Part shown: positions 62,323 through 64,000 of the stretch, in pieces
How positions within the stretch are numbered: position 1 is the first letter of the stretch
Layout: each line of letters begins with the position of its first letter
Source of the DNA: Vicinamibacterales bacterium
GTDB taxonomy: Bacteria > Acidobacteriota > Vicinamibacteria > Vicinamibacterales > UBA8438
DNA length: 64,000 nucleotides
NCBI GenBank assembly: GCA_965202655.1
Contig: CBDBBK010000001.1
Location: 296,797-360,796 of the forward strand
Direction of reading: 5' to 3'
Made by a program: the position numbers and the translations under genes
The notes under the pieces: model-generated
What the model was told of the DNA's origin: nothing
Database searches by the model: none
The model's input: the letters and a program-made list of their open reading frames with translations, nothing else

Positions 62323-62350
62323 TTGCGAGGCTGATGAATCGCCGTAGAAT
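62323..62350 (+). promoter_or_regulatory. Candidate sigma70-type promoter (TTGCGA, 16 nt, TAGAAT)
   Basis: TTGCGA at 62323-62328 and TAGAAT at 62345-62350, 61 nt upstream of ATG 62411 in a divergent intergenic region. Motif match only. Confidence 0.35.
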
Positions 62351-62410
62351 AGGGTCGCAAGTGTGGGCGGGACCGGACCGTCGCCGCCGCCGCGACCCGG
62401 AGCAATAACC

Positions 62411-63643
62411 ATGAACAATCAGAAGCGACTGTGGGTGGCCGCCCTGGCCATCGCCTTGACTCCGTTGGGCGTCGCCGGCGCCGCCGCCCAGGACTGGCCG
62501 CAATGGCGCGGCCCGGCACGGGACGGCGTGGCCAGCGGGTTCGACGTTCCGTCCGAGTGGCCGAGCGCACTGAACCGGCAATGGTCGGTCGAGGTGGGGC
62601 TGGGCTACGCCACGCCGGTTCTGATCGGCGACCGGATCTACCAGTTCAGCCGCCAGGGGGACGACGAGGTGATGATGGCCCTCGACGCCGGCACCGGCGA
62701 GACCCTCTGGCAGACCTCCTATGCCGCGCCGTTCAACATGAACCCGTCGACGGCGCGCCATCGCGCGGGACCGAAGGCCACGCCGACGTATGCCGACGGC
62801 CGTCTCTTCACGCTCGGCATGACCGGGACCGTGACCGCGTTCGACGCCTCCGACGGGCGGCAACTGTGGCAGGTCCCCGACACCGGCGCCCCCGCTTTCC
62901 ACACGTCGCAGTCGGCGCTGGTCGTCGGCGACCTCGTGATCCTGCATGTCGGCGGCGACAACGACGGCCGGCTGACCGCCTTCGATGTCGCGACCGGTGA
63001 CGCCCGCTGGACGTGGGACGGCGATGGCCCCGCCTACGGCTCGCCGATGCTGTTCGACCTGGGCGGGACGCGGCAGGTGGTCGTCTTCACGCACCGGCAA
63101 TTCGTCGGCGTGTCGCTCGAGACCGGCGCGCTCCTCTGGAGCCGGCCGTTCACCACGTCGTCCGACACGACGTCCCAGACGCCGATCCTCTACAACGACA
63201 TGGTGATCCAGCTTGGGCGCGGCAACGGCGTTACGGCGTTCCGGGTCGCGGAGAGCGGTGGCGCCTGGACGACCGAGGATGTCTGGCACACGGACGAAGT
63301 GTCGCTCCACATGGTGAACGGCGTGGTGGACGGCGATGTCCTGATCGGTCTTTCGCACCTCAACAGCGGCCAGTATTTCGGTCTCGATCTCGACACCGGC
63401 GAAGTGCTCTGGACCAGCGACCCGCGCCAGGCGGAACACGCCTCGATCGCCCGGTCGGGCAGCACGATCCTCTCGCTCGAGGACGACGCCGAACTCGTGG
63501 TGATCGATCACGACCGGACGCGGTTCAACCCGGTGCAGCGCTACGAAGTGGCGGACAGCGAGACGTGGACCGCTCCGACGCTGTCGGGCAACCGTCTCTT
63601 CGTGAAGGACATCTCGACGCTCACGCTCTGGACGCTCGACTGA
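62411..63643 (+). CDS. PQQ-like beta-propeller repeat protein (BamB/quinoprotein-like), exported
   Basis: ORF 62363..63643 trimmed to ATG 62411. Signal peptide, then DWPQWRGPARDGV and repeated blades (MMALDAGTGETLW, VTAFDASDGRQLW, LTAFDVATGDARW, GLDLDTGEVLW). Confidence 0.85.
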   Translation: MNNQKRLWVAALAIALTPLGVAGAAAQDWPQWRGPARDGVASGFDVPSEWPSALNRQWSVEVGLGYATPVLIGDRIYQFSRQGDDEVMMALDAGTGETLWQTSYAAPFNMNPSTARHRAGPKATPTYADGRLFTLGMTGTVTAFDASDGRQLWQVPDTGAPAFHTSQSALVVGDLVILHVGGDNDGRLTAFDVATGDARWTWDGDGPAYGSPMLFDLGGTRQVVVFTHRQFVGVSLETGALLWSRPFTTSSDTTSQTPILYNDMVIQLGRGNGVTAFRVAESGGAWTTEDVWHTDEVSLHMVNGVVDGDVLIGLSHLNSGQYFGLDLDTGEVLWTSDPRQAEHASIARSGSTILSLEDDAELVVIDHDRTRFNPVQRYEVADSETWTAPTLSGNRLFVKDISTLTLWTLD

Positions 63644-63710
63644 CCGGTTCGCAACCTGAACGCCGTGCGCCCCTCGGGGGCGCCGCGGCGCAAGCTGGGA
63701 GGACAAGGCG

Positions 63711-64000
63711 ATGACGCAACGCACGCAATCAGGAATTCGGTTGGCGCTGGCGGTAGTGACGGCGGCAACCGTCGCGGGGGTGGCGGTCGGCTACCAGCCT
63801 GGCGCCACGGCGGCCCAAAGCAACTTCGTCGGCGGCGATCCGACCCGCCCCGACTCGTCCGATATCCGGGCCGTGCGGCTGCGCTTCGAGGCGGGCGCGC
63901 GTTCCAACTGGCACAGCCATTCGAACTGGCAGATCATCATGGCCGAGGAGGGACGCGGGCGGACCCAGGTCCGCGGCGAGGCGCTGCAGGAGTTGACGCC
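63711..64000 (+). CDS. Cupin-domain protein, exported (5' part; the 3' end runs off the window)
   Basis: My translation from ATG 63711 (after GGGAGGA) gives MTQRTQSGIRLALAVVTAATVAGVAVG...IRAVRLRFEAGARSNWHSHSNWQIIMAEEGRGRTQVRGE. The HSH...Q segment looks like a cupin metal motif. The frame stays open to 64000. Confidence 0.6.
   Translation, partial: MTQRTQSGIRLALAVVTAATVAGVAVGYQPGATAAQSNFVGGDPTRPDSSDIRAVRLRFEAGARSNWHSHSNWQIIMAEEGRGRTQVRGEALQELT

Noticed and set aside
1-64000. Search for rRNA, tRNA, CRISPR arrays, transposases, integrases and phage genes
   Set aside because: Intergenic gaps longer than 100 nt (9320-9763, 12646-12815, 21409-21562, 26906-27071, 36681-36872, 37140-37270, 53813-54004, 62227-62410) showed no cloverleaf-like or repeat-spacer structure by eye. 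No ORF showed recombinase motifs. A tRNA scan was not possible here, so small RNAs cannot be fully excluded.

Overview
GC-rich (about two-thirds G+C by eye), gene-dense bacterial chromosomal window. I call about 55 protein-coding genes or gene remnants on both strands and one cobalamin riboswitch. I saw no rRNA, tRNA, CRISPR array, transposase or integrase. All family names come from by-eye motif recognition in the supplied translations plus my own translation of selected stretches, not from any search. The left two-thirds holds housekeeping and exported redox/catabolic genes: htpG, a Tat-signal enolase-superfamily enzyme, cbiZ-cbiB beside a riboswitch-controlled PduO-type adenosyltransferase, PQQ-type beta-propeller dehydrogenases, FAH, SDR, HIBADH-like, methyltransferases, a B12-radical SAM enzyme and a DUF5916-like lipoprotein. 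Interspersed are 8 close and 2 distant paralogs of an uncharacterised exported protein family ending in YE(Y/F)ACHE(G/A)NY, twice next to DUF6152-like genes. The standout is a ~17-kb two-operon locus (36.76-53.90 kb). It starts with an NHLP-leader RiPP precursor whose predicted core after a canonical double-glycine site is only GWCCPV. This is followed by a 350-aa unknown protein, two tandem family III (CaiB/BaiF-type) CoA-transferases and a VAO/PCMH-type flavoprotein. These converge on an operon encoding a fatty-acid desaturase, an RND pump, an NHLP-type HlyD, a C39-peptidase ABC exporter, a second ABC exporter and a membrane GT2. Both operons are headed by inverted copies of the same ~60-bp AT-rich promoter-like module. 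The right edge abuts a 3' fragment of an amidohydrolase gene, which suggests insertion. Three genes show reading-frame breaks, two of them at homopolymer runs, so these may be assembly errors rather than true pseudogenes.
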